Of a stretch of 64,000 nt of DNA, positions 20,303 to 30,814 are shown one piece after another (positions within the stretch are counted from its first letter, which is position 1; every line of letters begins with the position of its first letter). The DNA lies in the NCBI GenBank assembly GCA_963756875.1, contig CAVWPA010000003.1:1504001-1568000 (forward strand), read 5' to 3'. The stretch comes from an uncultured Verrucomicrobiae bacterium (GTDB lineage Bacteria; Verrucomicrobiota; Verrucomicrobiia; Chthoniobacterales; UBA10450). The position numbers were made by a program, and so were the translations under genes. The notes under the pieces were generated by a model, which was given only the letters and a program-made list of their open reading frames with translations, was not told where the DNA came from and did not search any database.

Positions 20303-20956
20303 TTAGCGCAATGCTTCGTGGGGCTGGCGCCGGCGTAACCGCCGCAACGCCAGGATAACCAGCAGTCCACCGCCGGCCAGCAGGAAGCTGCTTGGTTCCG
20401 GGACTACAACCGGGGACCAGGTGCCGGCAGGCACTAGACTCGTCGAAGGAGGGGCAAAGCCTGCGTCGTTATCCAGGGTCAGGGTTCCCTGGTCCCCTCC
20501 AGTTGTAGAGGATATGGTGTAAGTAGCGAAAAAATCATTTGGATCTTCCCCCGGGACTGCGGGGTAGGAGGCAAACAAGGTCTGAGTTATGTTCCATGAC
20601 GTGATGTTGCCCATCGAGTCGGTTCCAATCAAAACGACCGGGGAACCGGTCATAAGATAGTAGGCTGAACCAAAAGCGCCCCCGATAGGGAATCCGCCTG
20701 TGTCCTGATTCGGCCAGCCGTTCGGGTTAATTGCGAAGGAAGGCCCGAGGTCGGCCGATATGTTCGTGTTGGCTGGTAGATCTTGCAACGCGGCCCCCAT
20801 CAACGTCGTATCCAGCGTTATGGTTACCTGGAAGGCCCCTTGCGCTGTGCTGAGCGAATTACCCGTGTACGTGTAAGTGGTGTCCGCCCACAGCGATCCC
20901 GGGAGGACTACGCACAGCAAGCCACCCATAATAATAAATCGCAACCTCGAATACAT
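20303..20956 (-). CDS. PEP-CTERM sorting-domain protein
   Basis: Signal peptide; C-terminal VPEPSS + TM helix + RRLRRR. Confidence 0.88.
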   Translation of the reverse strand: MYSRLRFIIMGGLLCVVLPGSLWADTTYTYTGNSLSTAQGAFQVTITLDTTLMGAALQDLPANTNISADLGPSFAINPNGWPNQDTGGFPIGGAFGSAYYLMTGSPVVLIGTDSMGNITSWNITQTLFASYPAVPGEDPNDFFATYTISSTTGGDQGTLTLDNDAGFAPPSTSLVPAGTWSPVVVPEPSSFLLAGGGLLVILALRRLRRRQPHEALR

Positions 20957-21146
20957 TGAGTTCCCCTTGGGCAGGGCTTCCGTCACTGTTGCCCTGAGTT
21001 TCCGCCGATTGAATCAGGACAGTCCAAAAAAGTCAAGGTCGGACCGGGCAAAACCAGGGGCGATCTCGGCTGTGCGTCCAACCGAAATCAGAGATGCAAA
21101 GAAAAGAATCGTGTCGCGAACTTACGCGACGTGAGCCTCTCGAATG

Positions 21147-21461
21147 TTACTTGCCTTTGAGGCCATCACGAAAGGCAATCGCTTCAAGCTCCACCCGGAC
21201 AGCGTCCATGACGGGAACCACCGGTCGGGCCTCGAATACAAACGCAGGCAACATCGAGCAGAACTTGTGAACTGCCAGCGGATCGTCGCAATCCAACATC
21301 ATATATCCACCCCAGTCACCCACTCGTATTACGAACAACTCAATCTTGAAATTGGCGGGCGCCTTCCATTGAGTAAAAACTTCCAGAATCCGCTTCTGAG
21401 CATTCTCGTATTCCATGGGCGATCCTTGCGGACGTTCGGACCAGGTGAGCATGTATTTCAT
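21147..21461 (-). CDS. DUF3303 family protein
   Basis: MKYMLTW.ERP...YENAQKRIL.VF..W pattern. Confidence 0.7.
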   Translation of the reverse strand: MKYMLTWSERPQGSPMEYENAQKRILEVFTQWKAPANFKIELFVIRVGDWGGYMMLDCDDPLAVHKFCSMLPAFVFEARPVVPVMDAVRVELEAIAFRDGLKGK

Positions 21462-21603
21462 AGGTATTCTCCTTTATTAAGTTGATATCATCGGAATGTT
21501 AGAACCCATCTCTAACCCTCAATCTTCTCAGTACAAGCGCCGGCGCGCCTCTTCGTGAACGCTTTAGGCGTTAGCTGCATCGTTTGGTCAGGCTGTAGTC
21601 GCC

Positions 21604-21798
21604 TCAATCATTCCTGGCGTTCGTCGATGTCAAAAGAGCCCCGGCTGCGACGCCGAAAGCTGCTCCAAAAGCAACTCCCATCGCTACGTTGTGCATCGCA
21701 GCACCTGCTGCTGCTCCGATCCCTATGCCGATGGCGATCACGACGCCCATCAGCGCTCCTCGGCGACCGCTTTTTCTTCTTGTTTGTTGTGGTTCCAT
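21604..21798 (-). CDS. Small Gly/Ala-rich membrane protein (cassette)
   Basis: 64 aa, two hydrophobic segments, between decayed attC sites. Confidence 0.55.
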   Translation of the reverse strand: MEPQQTRRKSGRRGALMGVVIAIGIGIGAAAGAAMHNVAMGVAFGAAFGVAAGALLTSTNARND

Positions 21799-22030
21799 AT
21801 TGGTGTGCTTTCGATGCGGCCTAACGAGAAGTAGTTCAGCTACCGAGAGTGAGGTCTCTCCCTGATAACAGATAACTTATAACGAATAACCTGCCCTTCA
21901 AAACTGAATCGCCGGGTCAGGTTCCCAGGAATCATGGGTGTCCTCGTTCAATTTGCGCCAGATAGGATAATTGTTCGAACGAAATGGGTTTTAGCGTTCC
22001 GTAGGCCTAACGAGAACAGATCAGCTACGG

Positions 22031-23338
22031 CTACCGACGTCGAGCTTCTACTCCCCGCTTCTCGATGGGGACGAAATCGCGCACGTCGTGGCCAATGTAG
22101 ATTTGTCGCGGACGGGCAATCTTCTGCTCCGGATCCGTCAGCATCTCCTGCCACTGGGCCAGCCAGCCGACCGTGCGTGGAATGGCAAACAGCGCGGTGA
22201 ACATCTCGGGCATGAAGCCCATAGCCTGGTAGATGATCCCGGAGTAGAAGTCTACGTTCGGATAGAGCTTCCGCTTGATGAAGTATTCGTCTTCCAGCGC
22301 GATCCGCTCCAGTTCCAGGGCAATCTCCAACTTGGGGTTTCCGCCGGTAACTTGGAAGACTTGGTCGGCCGCCCACTTAATAATCCGCGCGCGAGGATCG
22401 TAGTTCTTGTAGATCCGGTGGCCAAATCCCATCAGCTTGCCGTGACCTGCCTTGACGCCCTCAATGTAAGCGGGGACGCGGCTTTTGGACCCGATCTCGT
22501 CCAGCATCTTCAACACCTTTTCGTTGGCGCCGCCATGCAGTGGGCCCGAAAGCGCAGCGGCAGCGGCGGCGGTAGCAACGAATGGGTCCGCCTGGGAGCT
22601 GCCCACGGCCCGCATGACGTTGGTACTGCAGTTCTGCTCGTGGTCCGCATGCAGAATAAACAAAATGTCGAGCGCCCGGGCCAAAGTCGAATTCGCCTGG
22701 TACTTAGGCTCTACCATCCTCCACAGCATGTTCATGAAATTCTCGGTATAACTCAGATCGTTGTCAGGATAAACGTAGGGGAAGCCGAGGCTGTGGCGGT
22801 AGCAGTAGGCGGCGATGGTTGGGACCTTGCCGATGAGGCGATGGATTTGCAGGTTGCGCACCTCCGGATCCAGTACATTCCTGGCGTCCGGGTAAACCGT
22901 GGAGAGCGCCGCCACAGTGCTGACGAACATGCCCATCGGATGGGCGTCGTGCTGAAAACCTTCCAGGAACTTCTTGGTGTTTTCGTGCAGCATGGTGTGA
23001 TGGGTGATCTTGTCGGTCCAGTCCTTTAGTTCCGGCTCAGTGGGCAGTTCGCCGAACAGGACCAGATAGGCCACTTCGAGAAAGGTGCACTTCTCCGCCA
23101 GTTGCTCGATGGGATAACCGCGATAACGCAGGATGCCCTTGTCGCCATCAATGAATGTGACCGCGCTCTGGCAGGACGCCGTGTTTAAGAACGCGGGGTC
23201 GTAGCTCATGACCCCGAAATCTTCGGGGCCTGTCTTGATCTGGCGCAAATCCATGGCCCGAACGGCACCATTGGCAAGAGGGAGGTCGTAGGTAGCCTTG
23301 GTGCGTTTGTCGACTATGCCCAGGACTTCGTTTTCCAT
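22031..23338 (-). CDS. gltA: Citrate synthase
   Basis: IDGDKGILRYRGY, HADHEQNCST, GPLHGGANE, MGFGHRIYKNYDPR, YPNVDFYSG. Confidence 0.95.
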   Translation of the reverse strand: MENEVLGIVDKRTKATYDLPLANGAVRAMDLRQIKTGPEDFGVMSYDPAFLNTASCQSAVTFIDGDKGILRYRGYPIEQLAEKCTFLEVAYLVLFGELPTEPELKDWTDKITHHTMLHENTKKFLEGFQHDAHPMGMFVSTVAALSTVYPDARNVLDPEVRNLQIHRLIGKVPTIAAYCYRHSLGFPYVYPDNDLSYTENFMNMLWRMVEPKYQANSTLARALDILFILHADHEQNCSTNVMRAVGSSQADPFVATAAAAAALSGPLHGGANEKVLKMLDEIGSKSRVPAYIEGVKAGHGKLMGFGHRIYKNYDPRARIIKWAADQVFQVTGGNPKLEIALELERIALEDEYFIKRKLYPNVDFYSGIIYQAMGFMPEMFTALFAIPRTVGWLAQWQEMLTDPEQKIARPRQIYIGHDVRDFVPIEKRGVEARRR

Positions 23339-23895
23339 GAATTCACTTCCCATCTCTACGATTTATAATCACCGCGCGACGCCGCAGCGCCTCTGCGTGC
23401 CTTCACACTTTGCGGACTCATCTTAATTGTGCTTAGCCGGAAGTGCGCCGCGATGCCAGCAAAAACTCACGGCTCTTTGACTGTGCGCCGCAAACAGCCT
23501 CGATGAGCGTCATATTCATGCCACGCAGCCGTTTCGATCGAACGAGAACAAGATCAGCATCAGGATTACTGATCATTTAATCCCTTTCCATTGAGAATTT
23601 GCTCCCGGGTTTTGGATTGTTTGGCTGCAGAAAAATAAAGAATACATCAGGGGCGTCGTTTTCCGGCCGCAAGCATCACGCAGGCTTTCTCGATCCGGCG
23701 TCTATGTGCCTCCGGCTGTTTGGCTGAGTCCATCCAACCGATAAAGTCCCTGCGCTCGATCGGCGTGAGATCGCTTTCGGAGTTGGTACACTCGCGAAGA
23801 CTTTCGGAGCTGCAGCGCATGGTCAGGTGGCATGGTTTGCGTGTGCCCGTGGCAAAGGCACGAGACCGCGAACATTGAAGGCTCCCGTCGCCTCA

Positions 23896-24489
23896 TCACA
23901 AGCGCCGCAGCACGCGCACCCGCTCCCGGCCCTCGCGCCCGGCAAAGGCCACATCCGGCACATAATCATCCACGATCTCGTAGCCCTCGGCAAAGAGCGC
24001 CGTCAGTTCAGCCACGCTCAAAGGGTAGGGAGGCCCCTCATCACCCGGATCGAGCACAGGATCGATGAACCACACCCCGATCAGCAAGCCTCCGCGCCGC
24101 AGAGTCAGATCGATGCCGCGCCGGTAGTCAGCGCGCATCGCCGGAGGCAGTGCGCTCATGCACGTGTGCTCCAGTACCACATCAAATGCGCCGCGCATCT
24201 CCTGCGGCGGATCAAACAAACTCCCCGTCACGAAGCGCTGTGCCAAATGCGGATACAGCGCGCGCGCCTCCGCTACCCCGGTTGGCGCGATGTCCAGCCC
24301 CGTCGCATCCAACCCGTGCGCCACCGCCAGCGCTACTTCATGCCCGCGACCGCAGCCCGGCACCAGTGCGCGCTCACGCACCGTATGACGCTCCAGATAC
24401 TGCTTCATCGCTGGCGCCGGCGCGCCCTTATCCCAAAACACCTCGTCTTTTTGGTAATACTCATCCCAGTCCACGTGCGTCCCATTCAA
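23896..24489 (-). CDS. TPMT/thiol-halide-like SAM methyltransferase
   Basis: WDKGAPAP, LVPGCGRGHE, EHTCMSAL, GPPY. Confidence 0.85.
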   Translation of the reverse strand: MNGTHVDWDEYYQKDEVFWDKGAPAPAMKQYLERHTVRERALVPGCGRGHEVALAVAHGLDATGLDIAPTGVAEARALYPHLAQRFVTGSLFDPPQEMRGAFDVVLEHTCMSALPPAMRADYRRGIDLTLRRGGLLIGVWFIDPVLDPGDEGPPYPLSVAELTALFAEGYEIVDDYVPDVAFAGREGRERVRVLRRL

Positions 24490-24693
24490 TCTGTTGTCAC
24501 TGCGATGTCAATCGCCAGAGCAACTGCTTCTCTTGGAGCGCTCGGTGTTCATCCACCCTAGCCTGAAAGCAGCGCCCACGTCCCGGTTATCCTCTGTTTT
24601 CACACCGGCCAGCCCGCCCACTCGTGAACATTTTCGGAAGTCGGCTGCAGCGATTGGTTAGGCCATGCCGTGTTCATGTCGAAAACGGCCGCG

Positions 24694-25104
24694 TCAAAAG
24701 AACCCGCGGAGGAACGCCGCCGCTTCATCCGAGATGCCGACAATCTTGTTCGTTGCCTGACGATAAAATTTGAAATTAAGCTCGGTCTCGGGTCGACCGT
24801 CGTTCCAGTCGGAAAAAAGTCTGAGCTCGCTTCGCCCCAGGCGTCGCTTCGCGCGCGCGGTGCGTCTGATGGTGATGCTCACGCGCGGCGTTTGCCGGGC
24901 GATCCCGCGTTTCTTTGCGATCGCTTGGGCCGAGGTGACGACGCCGCTGGCGATGAGACCTGGCCCGCCTTCGTTCTCGCTCGCGAAGATGAAGATCGTA
25001 TCGCCTTTGGCGATGTGCTTGCCGCCATACATCGTCTTCTGCGCGCTGAACGCAAAAGTCTCCGCCCACGGGTCGCTAACCTCGGCTTTGATCGCGAATA
25101 TCAT
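24694..25104 (-). CDS. Conserved hypothetical protein (cassette)
   Basis: 136-aa ORF filling an attC-bounded unit. Confidence 0.75.
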   Translation of the reverse strand: MIFAIKAEVSDPWAETFAFSAQKTMYGGKHIAKGDTIFIFASENEGGPGLIASGVVTSAQAIAKKRGIARQTPRVSITIRRTARAKRRLGRSELRLFSDWNDGRPETELNFKFYRQATNKIVGISDEAAAFLRGFF

Positions 25105-25264
25105 GCTCCTCGTCTCGCACCATTAATTTCCATGGACGCCCATGGGGCTCGGCCTGACGAGAACAAGATCAGCCACCCAGTACTTTGAAAGAGAGGCTGC
25201 GCTTGTCGAGGAAGTTGCAACAAAGTGCTGGGTTAGCTGCATCGGCTGGTTGGATGCGGCGGCG

Positions 25265-25747
25265 TCATTGCAAGGGAAAGACCATCGACATGCTTTCTTT
25301 GGCAAGCTCGACTTCAACTGTGTTTTCGCCCTCATGCCATACGAATGGGTATGCTAAGCCGATGGAGGTCTTGGTAAGCTCGCTGACTTTCTCGTCGCGT
25401 CGGCGAAACAGAATGAGCTTCCCGGAACGGCCGTCCTGATAGATGGCGAAGTTGCCACTGGGCGAGATCGACGGAGGCGCGACGATTTGGCAAAGGAGGC
25501 GATTACGATAGTAAAGAAACGGATAATGACCCAGTTCTCCGAATTTGTTGAATTTAGCAATTGTTACACGCCGAAAACCAAAGCCGAGATCTTCGACATG
25601 CTCTACCCCTCTCATCAGCTCTGCCCGATGATAGCGTTCGTAGCTGTAAACCAGGGCCGAAAACGCGACGAGACCTGCAACAACTACTCCAGCGGCGATC
25701 TGGCATCTTTGTCGAGGCGTCCAGGCGTGTGAGTGCGGGAAAAGCAT
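25265..25747 (-). CDS. Hypothetical membrane-anchored protein (cassette)
   Basis: ORF fills the cassette; one TM segment. Confidence 0.7.
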   Translation of the reverse strand: MLFPHSHAWTPRQRCQIAAGVVVAGLVAFSALVYSYERYHRAELMRGVEHVEDLGFGFRRVTIAKFNKFGELGHYPFLYYRNRLLCQIVAPPSISPSGNFAIYQDGRSGKLILFRRRDEKVSELTKTSIGLAYPFVWHEGENTVEVELAKESMSMVFPLQ

Positions 25748-25909
25748 CTAGCGAGAACAAAATCAGCTACGGCTACCGATGCCGCAACCTCTTCCCGATA
25801 ACAGATAACTCACAACAAAAATAACTGGGCCTCGCACCGGTGGCAGTCAACCCCATCGCCTGGTTAGGCTATTAGCGGCCAATCAAATTGCGCGATGCAA
25901 AGGGCTTTA

Positions 25910-26323
25910 TCACCTGGCGGCGCTCCAGGCCGCAAGCACCAGGCAGACGGTGATGACCCCGGAGAAGATTACCGGCAACATGAAAAAGTATCTCCAGCTC
26001 AGAAACGTCACCACCAGAAAGCATGCTGCGAGACCCCATGTCGCGAGCGGCATGGCCGCGAGATACTCCTTCGGCAATCCCCCGAGCTGCCACGCCAGGA
26101 CGGCGACGAAGACCAGCAGCACGGTGACGAAAAGCCCAAACCCAACGAAGAAATCCCAGTAAGTCCGATCAAAGCCTTGCGCGAGAAAGCGAGTCGATCG
26201 CATCGTCCCTATGAGCGAATCGATTCCCCAGCGCGGATCCACCCGCCGGAAACCCAGCGTATGTCCGAGCGCGAACAGGATCAGCAGGACGGAAGCAATG
26301 CGATAGAGCAGAGAGGCTTTCAT
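25910..26323 (-). CDS. Membrane protein, LIC_13387-like (cassette)
   Basis: ASVLLILFALGHTLGF ... RTYWDFFVGFG; about 4 TM segments. Confidence 0.7.
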   Translation of the reverse strand: MKASLLYRIASVLLILFALGHTLGFRRVDPRWGIDSLIGTMRSTRFLAQGFDRTYWDFFVGFGLFVTVLLVFVAVLAWQLGGLPKEYLAAMPLATWGLAACFLVVTFLSWRYFFMLPVIFSGVITVCLVLAAWSAAR

Positions 26324-26617
26324 AGGAATACTTCGAATTCCCCTCATTTATAGGCGACAGCCCGACCGACAGTCAAGCCAGAGGCCGCCCGCTTACAAAC
26401 AACTTTTTCCGTCCAGCTTCCCATCGTCTCATTACTCCCCCGTTCCCAAGTTGCAGCCGTTTATTTGCATCTAACGAGAAGAAGATGAGCTGCCGGGACC
26501 GGGGGTAACCATTGAGCGGAGCGAAACGGTTCTGGCCATCGAAAACGTGGATCGTACGCTGGTCCCGGTCAGCTCCATCGCATGGTTAGGCGTTTGGTCC
26601 ACTGCGAGAAGTGCGTC

Positions 26618-27307
26618 TCAAAAAACCGCCCCAAACAAAGCGCCGACTCCTGCCGTTAGCGCCATCGCCAGCGCGCCCCAAAAAGTGACGCGCACAGCGG
26701 CCCGCAACACGGATGAACCCCCAGCCCGGGCCGCTAAGGAACCCAGGAGCGCAAGAAAGAACAACGAACTGCCCGAAACGGTCCAAATGAGCGCGGCGGT
26801 AGGCACCAGGACGACGAGGAGAAGCGGCAGCGCTGCACCGACCGTGAAGGTGGCAGCGGAAGCCATTGCCGCCTGAACGGGGCGTGCGCTGAGGGTGTCG
26901 GAGATGCCTAGCTCGTCACGGGCGTGAGCGCCCAGCGCATCCTTAGCCATCAATTGGGTGGCCACTTCGTCCGCCAGCGCGGCGTCCAGTCCGCGCTCGA
27001 CGTAGATGGCGGCCAGTTCGGCGTGTTCGTACTGGCCGTCTTTGGCCAACTCCTCGCGTTCTCGACCGATGTCGGCTTGCTCGGTATCGGCTTGGGAACT
27101 GACGGAGACGTACTCACCTGCAGCCATCGACATCGCGCCCGCTACCAAGCCGGCAATGCCAGCGACCAGAATGCTGCTGCGGCTGGACTCGGCTGCGGCC
27201 ACGCCCACGATCAAACTGGCGGTCGAGACGATCCCGTCGTTGGCACCAAGCACGGCGGCACGCAGCCATCCGATGCGGTGGGTTCGGTGATGTTCGGCAT
27301 GTCTCAT
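26618..27307 (-). CDS. VIT1/CCC1 family Fe/Mn transporter (cassette)
   Basis: WLRAAVLGANDGIVS, AGAMSMAAGEYVSVSSQ.D. Confidence 0.92.
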   Translation of the reverse strand: MRHAEHHRTHRIGWLRAAVLGANDGIVSTASLIVGVAAAESSRSSILVAGIAGLVAGAMSMAAGEYVSVSSQADTEQADIGREREELAKDGQYEHAELAAIYVERGLDAALADEVATQLMAKDALGAHARDELGISDTLSARPVQAAMASAATFTVGAALPLLLVVLVPTAALIWTVSGSSLFFLALLGSLAARAGGSSVLRAAVRVTFWGALAMALTAGVGALFGAVF

Positions 27308-27363
27308 GGTAAATGGGCGAGCGCAGAAAGCCTAACGAGACACAAGATCAGCCGCCGCTAGCG

Positions 27364-27522
27364 TTGAACAACATTACGGCGGGAGTGCGTGAGCGCAGCG
27401 AATGGAGCTGCGGGTCAAGCGACATGGAAGGTAAAACGACGAGGGTAGGAGCGAGTGAGTGTGGGCAACGAACGAGTTTCAATCGCACCAGGGAAGCCGG
27501 GCACCTGGAGATATTCCAGGCG
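27364..27522. mobile_element. attC-inserted ~160-bp element, copy 1
   Basis: TTGAACAACATTACGGCGGGAGTGCG...TCGCACCAGGGAAGCCGGG...CCTGGAGATATTCCAGGCG inside attC 27331-27653. Confidence 0.75.
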
Positions 27523-27696
27523 GGAGCGCGCGTCGCTCGTGGTCTGTGGTCAGTAGTCATGTTGTCCTGTATTTATACACCGGCCAGCGTGCCTGCTTGC
27601 CTGCCGCCGTGGCGGGCGAAAGCTTTCGGAGTTGGCTGGAGCGATTGGTTAGGCCGAGGCCCACAGCTCCACGTCGCCAATTGACGGCAAGATCCT

Positions 27697-28185
27697 CTAG
27701 GGCCCCTTTACGTCCACATTGTGGTAGGCTGCTATGTTCCATTCACCTTTGTTGTTTACGAACACCTCCTGCAAGCGCGTGCGCATTTTACCATCGCCCC
27801 TGCTCGTCACGCCAGGCGGCACACCGTGAAGCTCGCTCAATTCCGTCGAGATATCGACGATTGCTACATCGGGCCGGAGGAAATGAATCTTGTCTACCGA
27901 CATAGTGAGCCTGCTGCCCTTGAAAAACGTCCTGAAAATTTCCGCGTGCCGATCTTCGAAGGCTCGATGGCCGTAAAATACAGTTCCACGGATGTTCGTG
28001 AAACTCCCGTCTTCGGCGAATCTTCGCGAAAAAGCCTTGGCGTCGCCGACATTCCACGCCGCAACTTGGTCGGCGACGATCTGACGAATTCGCGATTCGT
28101 CGCCGTGTGATTGTGCGGCGAGAGGTAACGAGGTGACGAGGAGGAAAAGGTAAGCTGAGACGATTGTAATTGCTTTTGTTTTCAT
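27697..28185 (-). CDS. SgcJ/EcaC (SnoaL/NTF2-like) protein (cassette)
   Basis: AAWN.GDA.AF...FAEDG.FTNI.G, W.I.AYHN; signal peptide. Confidence 0.85.
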   Translation of the reverse strand: MKTKAITIVSAYLFLLVTSLPLAAQSHGDESRIRQIVADQVAAWNVGDAKAFSRRFAEDGSFTNIRGTVFYGHRAFEDRHAEIFRTFFKGSRLTMSVDKIHFLRPDVAIVDISTELSELHGVPPGVTSRGDGKMRTRLQEVFVNNKGEWNIAAYHNVDVKGP

Positions 28186-28356
28186 GAAAGGAGATTGAGG
28201 TCTAACGAGAACAAGCTGAGTTACGGCTACCGGAGGCGGGCGTCAAATGCGATCTGAATGTTTTAGTCATCGAAAATGTAAATGCACAACGGGTAGCCAG
28301 CCTGCTCGCGAAAGCCTTCGGAGTTAGCCCGAGCGCCTGGTTAGACCTCAGCTATA

Positions 28357-28725
28357 TCATTTCCAACGTATAGCTTTGCCTTTTCCCTGAGCTTGGTTGG
28401 AAAGAATTGATCTGCGGTTAAGAATAGAGGCAACCGGCAAAGCGTCTACTATGACGGCCTGCGCCCCGAGCTTAGCCGCCGCTTCACGGAACTTGCGCCT
28501 AACATCTTCGTCAGAAACACCAATCGTCTTATCGACTGAAACAAAGCCGATAACATTGAAGGGACGCTGCGGCGTTTGATACAGGATCTGTACCTTACTG
28601 GGATCGGTCGGATGATACGTGATACCTGGCACAGCGTTTGTGCCAGATGTGGCACAAGCAACAAGGGTAAGCGCGATAACAATCGCGCTAAACGAAGCGA
28701 GGAACGTGCGTTTGATGTTGATCAT
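28357..28725 (-). CDS. Hypothetical lipoprotein (cassette)
   Basis: Lipobox LVAC; AAKLGAQAVI. Confidence 0.75.
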   Translation of the reverse strand: MINIKRTFLASFSAIVIALTLVACATSGTNAVPGITYHPTDPSKVQILYQTPQRPFNVIGFVSVDKTIGVSDEDVRRKFREAAAKLGAQAVIVDALPVASILNRRSILSNQAQGKGKAIRWK

Positions 28726-28865
28726 GGCGTGTGTGGTGTTGGGTTAGGCCTAACTAGACGGAGCTCAGCTGCCGCTGACGAAACCGAGCTTTGATAACAT
28801 TGAGAACTCTCTCATAAAATTCCAGTTTGGTCACGCGACGGTCAGCGATTAGCTGCAGCGATGGG

Positions 28866-29267
28866 TTAGCCCTTTGCTCGCACGCGTTCTTTCATGTCGG
28901 TGTACGCAGTATCGATTAGCTTCGTTAGAGCCGTGGCATCGAAGTCACGATCGGGTCGGAGCTTCACGTGACGCATAAACTTGCCTGTGCCTTCCAACAG
29001 ACCCTCCGGATCGGCTATTTCGGCGCCACGAAAGAATCCGACATTCACGTGCGCTTTGAAAACGTTGACGTACCCGAATGCCGCGTCAGCTATACACGCC
29101 GTTGGATGGCCATCATGCAACAGTTCTCGCACATCGTCTCCACACTTACGCATAACCTCAAACCAATGCCGCGCGATTACACCCAATTCCTCTGTATGCG
29201 CTTTCATCCAGGTCTCGATGGTTGGATCACGCTTAACCGAACCGGAGAACCGCAGGAGCTGATTCAT
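28866..29267 (-). CDS. DUF1801 family protein (cassette)
   Basis: HVNVGFFRGA..DPEGLLEGTGKFMRHVKL; stop codon lies in the attC R'' box. Confidence 0.88.
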   Translation of the reverse strand: MNQLLRFSGSVKRDPTIETWMKAHTEELGVIARHWFEVMRKCGDDVRELLHDGHPTACIADAAFGYVNVFKAHVNVGFFRGAEIADPEGLLEGTGKFMRHVKLRPDRDFDATALTKLIDTAYTDMKERVRAKG

Positions 29268-29346
29268 GACCGTTACACAAGAAACAGAGTGTGGGAGTAA
29301 TTCGGGGTCTTGGGCCTAACGGGAACAAGATGAGCGACGGCTTCCG

Positions 29347-29506
29347 TTGCTACAACAATACGGCGGGAGTGCGCGAGCGCAGCGAATGGAGCTGCGGGTC
29401 AAGCGACATGGAAGGTAAAACGACGAGGGTAGGAGCGAGTGAGTGTGGGCAACGAACGAGTTTCAATCGCACTAGGGAAGCCGGGGTCTTGGATAAAATC
29501 CAAGCG
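29347..29506. mobile_element. attC-inserted ~160-bp element, copy 2
   Basis: TTGCTACAACAATACGGCGGGAGTGCG...TCGCACTAGGGAAGCCGGGGTCTTGGATAAAATCCAAGCG inside attC 29315-29667. Confidence 0.75.
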
Positions 29507-29668
29507 AGGGCGCCCGTCGCTCGGAGTGAATGGAGTGGACTGTCAAGCCACGACATAGACGGGAAGCCCGGAGGGGATGGGAGCAGCGCGACCATATCAA
29601 AGTGTGGAAGTCATCTCAAAAAGTGGAGGGTACAACGGTCCGCCGTTCGCTCCATCGCATGGTTAGGC

Positions 29669-30052
29669 CTATTCGAGCGCACTGATCGTGAGATAGTATC
29701 CATCAGGGTCCCTGAGTGAGAATTCCCTTGTTTGAGTGTTCGGGTTCACGTGGGGCTCCTCCTCGAGCCGAGCGACGAGAGCGCGTGCCCTTGGCAGCGC
29801 CATGTCAAAATCATCGACACGGAAAAACAAGAGGAGGCCGTTGCCAGGTGTCGCCCGCTCCGGGCTCATCAACGACGGATGCTCGTGCGTGCCCCATTGG
29901 TGGAGGCAGAGCAGGACAGTTCCATCCGAATCGAGGATCTGACCAAAGTAGGCATGGCCCGGTTGTGTCTCGGGCTGGCCGAAGAGCGACTGGTACCATT
30001 TGAAGCTACTTGGTACATCGCTTACGCCGATGATCGTCCACGTGCGTTTCAT
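29669..30052 (-). CDS. VOC/glyoxalase family protein (cassette)
   Basis: VSDV..S..WY..LFG, REFSLRDPDGY. Confidence 0.88.
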   Translation of the reverse strand: MKRTWTIIGVSDVPSSFKWYQSLFGQPETQPGHAYFGQILDSDGTVLLCLHQWGTHEHPSLMSPERATPGNGLLLFFRVDDFDMALPRARALVARLEEEPHVNPNTQTREFSLRDPDGYYLTISALE

Positions 30053-30185
30053 AGCATTTACGCTGCTGGCCTAACGAGACAAAGCTGAGCTGCGGCTGCC
30101 GGAGCCGAGCGTCAAATGCAGTGTGGAGGTTTTGATCATGGAAAATGGAATTGCACAGCGGGTAGCCGTTCGCTCCAGCGCTTGG

Positions 30186-30686
30186 TTAGGCGTTTCGCGT
30201 CTCATTGGCTGAGAAACGTTGCATGGGCACAAAGCGAATACCGTGAACGCACTGCTCTGAACCAGTGACACGAAAACCTAAACGCTCGTAGGCAGAAACG
30301 GCATTCGGTGAAGAGCTGACAGTGAACTCGCAATCCGTATCGCCAGCTAGCGTGCTCGCAGCCGCGAGCAGCCCACGGCCGATGCCGCTGCACTGCCGGG
30401 AAGACTGAACAAAGAGCATGGCGACGTGGCAAGGCTCGCGCAAATGAAGCATGCCGATCAACTTGCCCGAGTGCTCGGCGACTAAGGTGATGTGACCAGA
30501 CTCGTGACGCTGCGAAAGGGCCTCAGCAGAAGCATAGCGGTGAAACTCCGTGACGCCCTCGGTTTGGTAGTGCGGTGCGACAAACTGGTCGAACGCCTCG
30601 CGCGCAAGAGAAGACACGGCTGCGATTTCCGACGGGTGAATCTGGCGATAAATTACCGAACTCACGATGGGCGAAATGGCTTTCAT
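30186..30686 (-). CDS. GNAT N-acetyltransferase (cassette)
   Basis: LFV...Q.SGIGR.LL, TVSSSPNAVSAYERLGF. Confidence 0.88.
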   Translation of the reverse strand: MKAISPIVSSVIYRQIHPSEIAAVSSLAREAFDQFVAPHYQTEGVTEFHRYASAEALSQRHESGHITLVAEHSGKLIGMLHLREPCHVAMLFVQSSRQCSGIGRGLLAAASTLAGDTDCEFTVSSSPNAVSAYERLGFRVTGSEQCVHGIRFVPMQRFSANETRNA

Positions 30687-30814
30687 TTACACGAGGTGCG
30701 CAGCAAAGACCTAACGACCCAAGCTCAGCGACCCGGCCCGCGGGACGCGTGGATTGCAACCAGAGCGCGATGGCCGGGTTCGCTGTAGCGCATGGTTAGG
30801 CCTCGTTCCTTGAT

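Larger units (their letters stand above)
21570..24662 (-). repeat. Decayed or half attC sites at the distal array end
   Basis: Single or mutated arms at about 21570-21592, 21820-21921, 22006-22045, 23541-23558 with 23808-23827, and 24640-24662. Confidence 0.7.
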
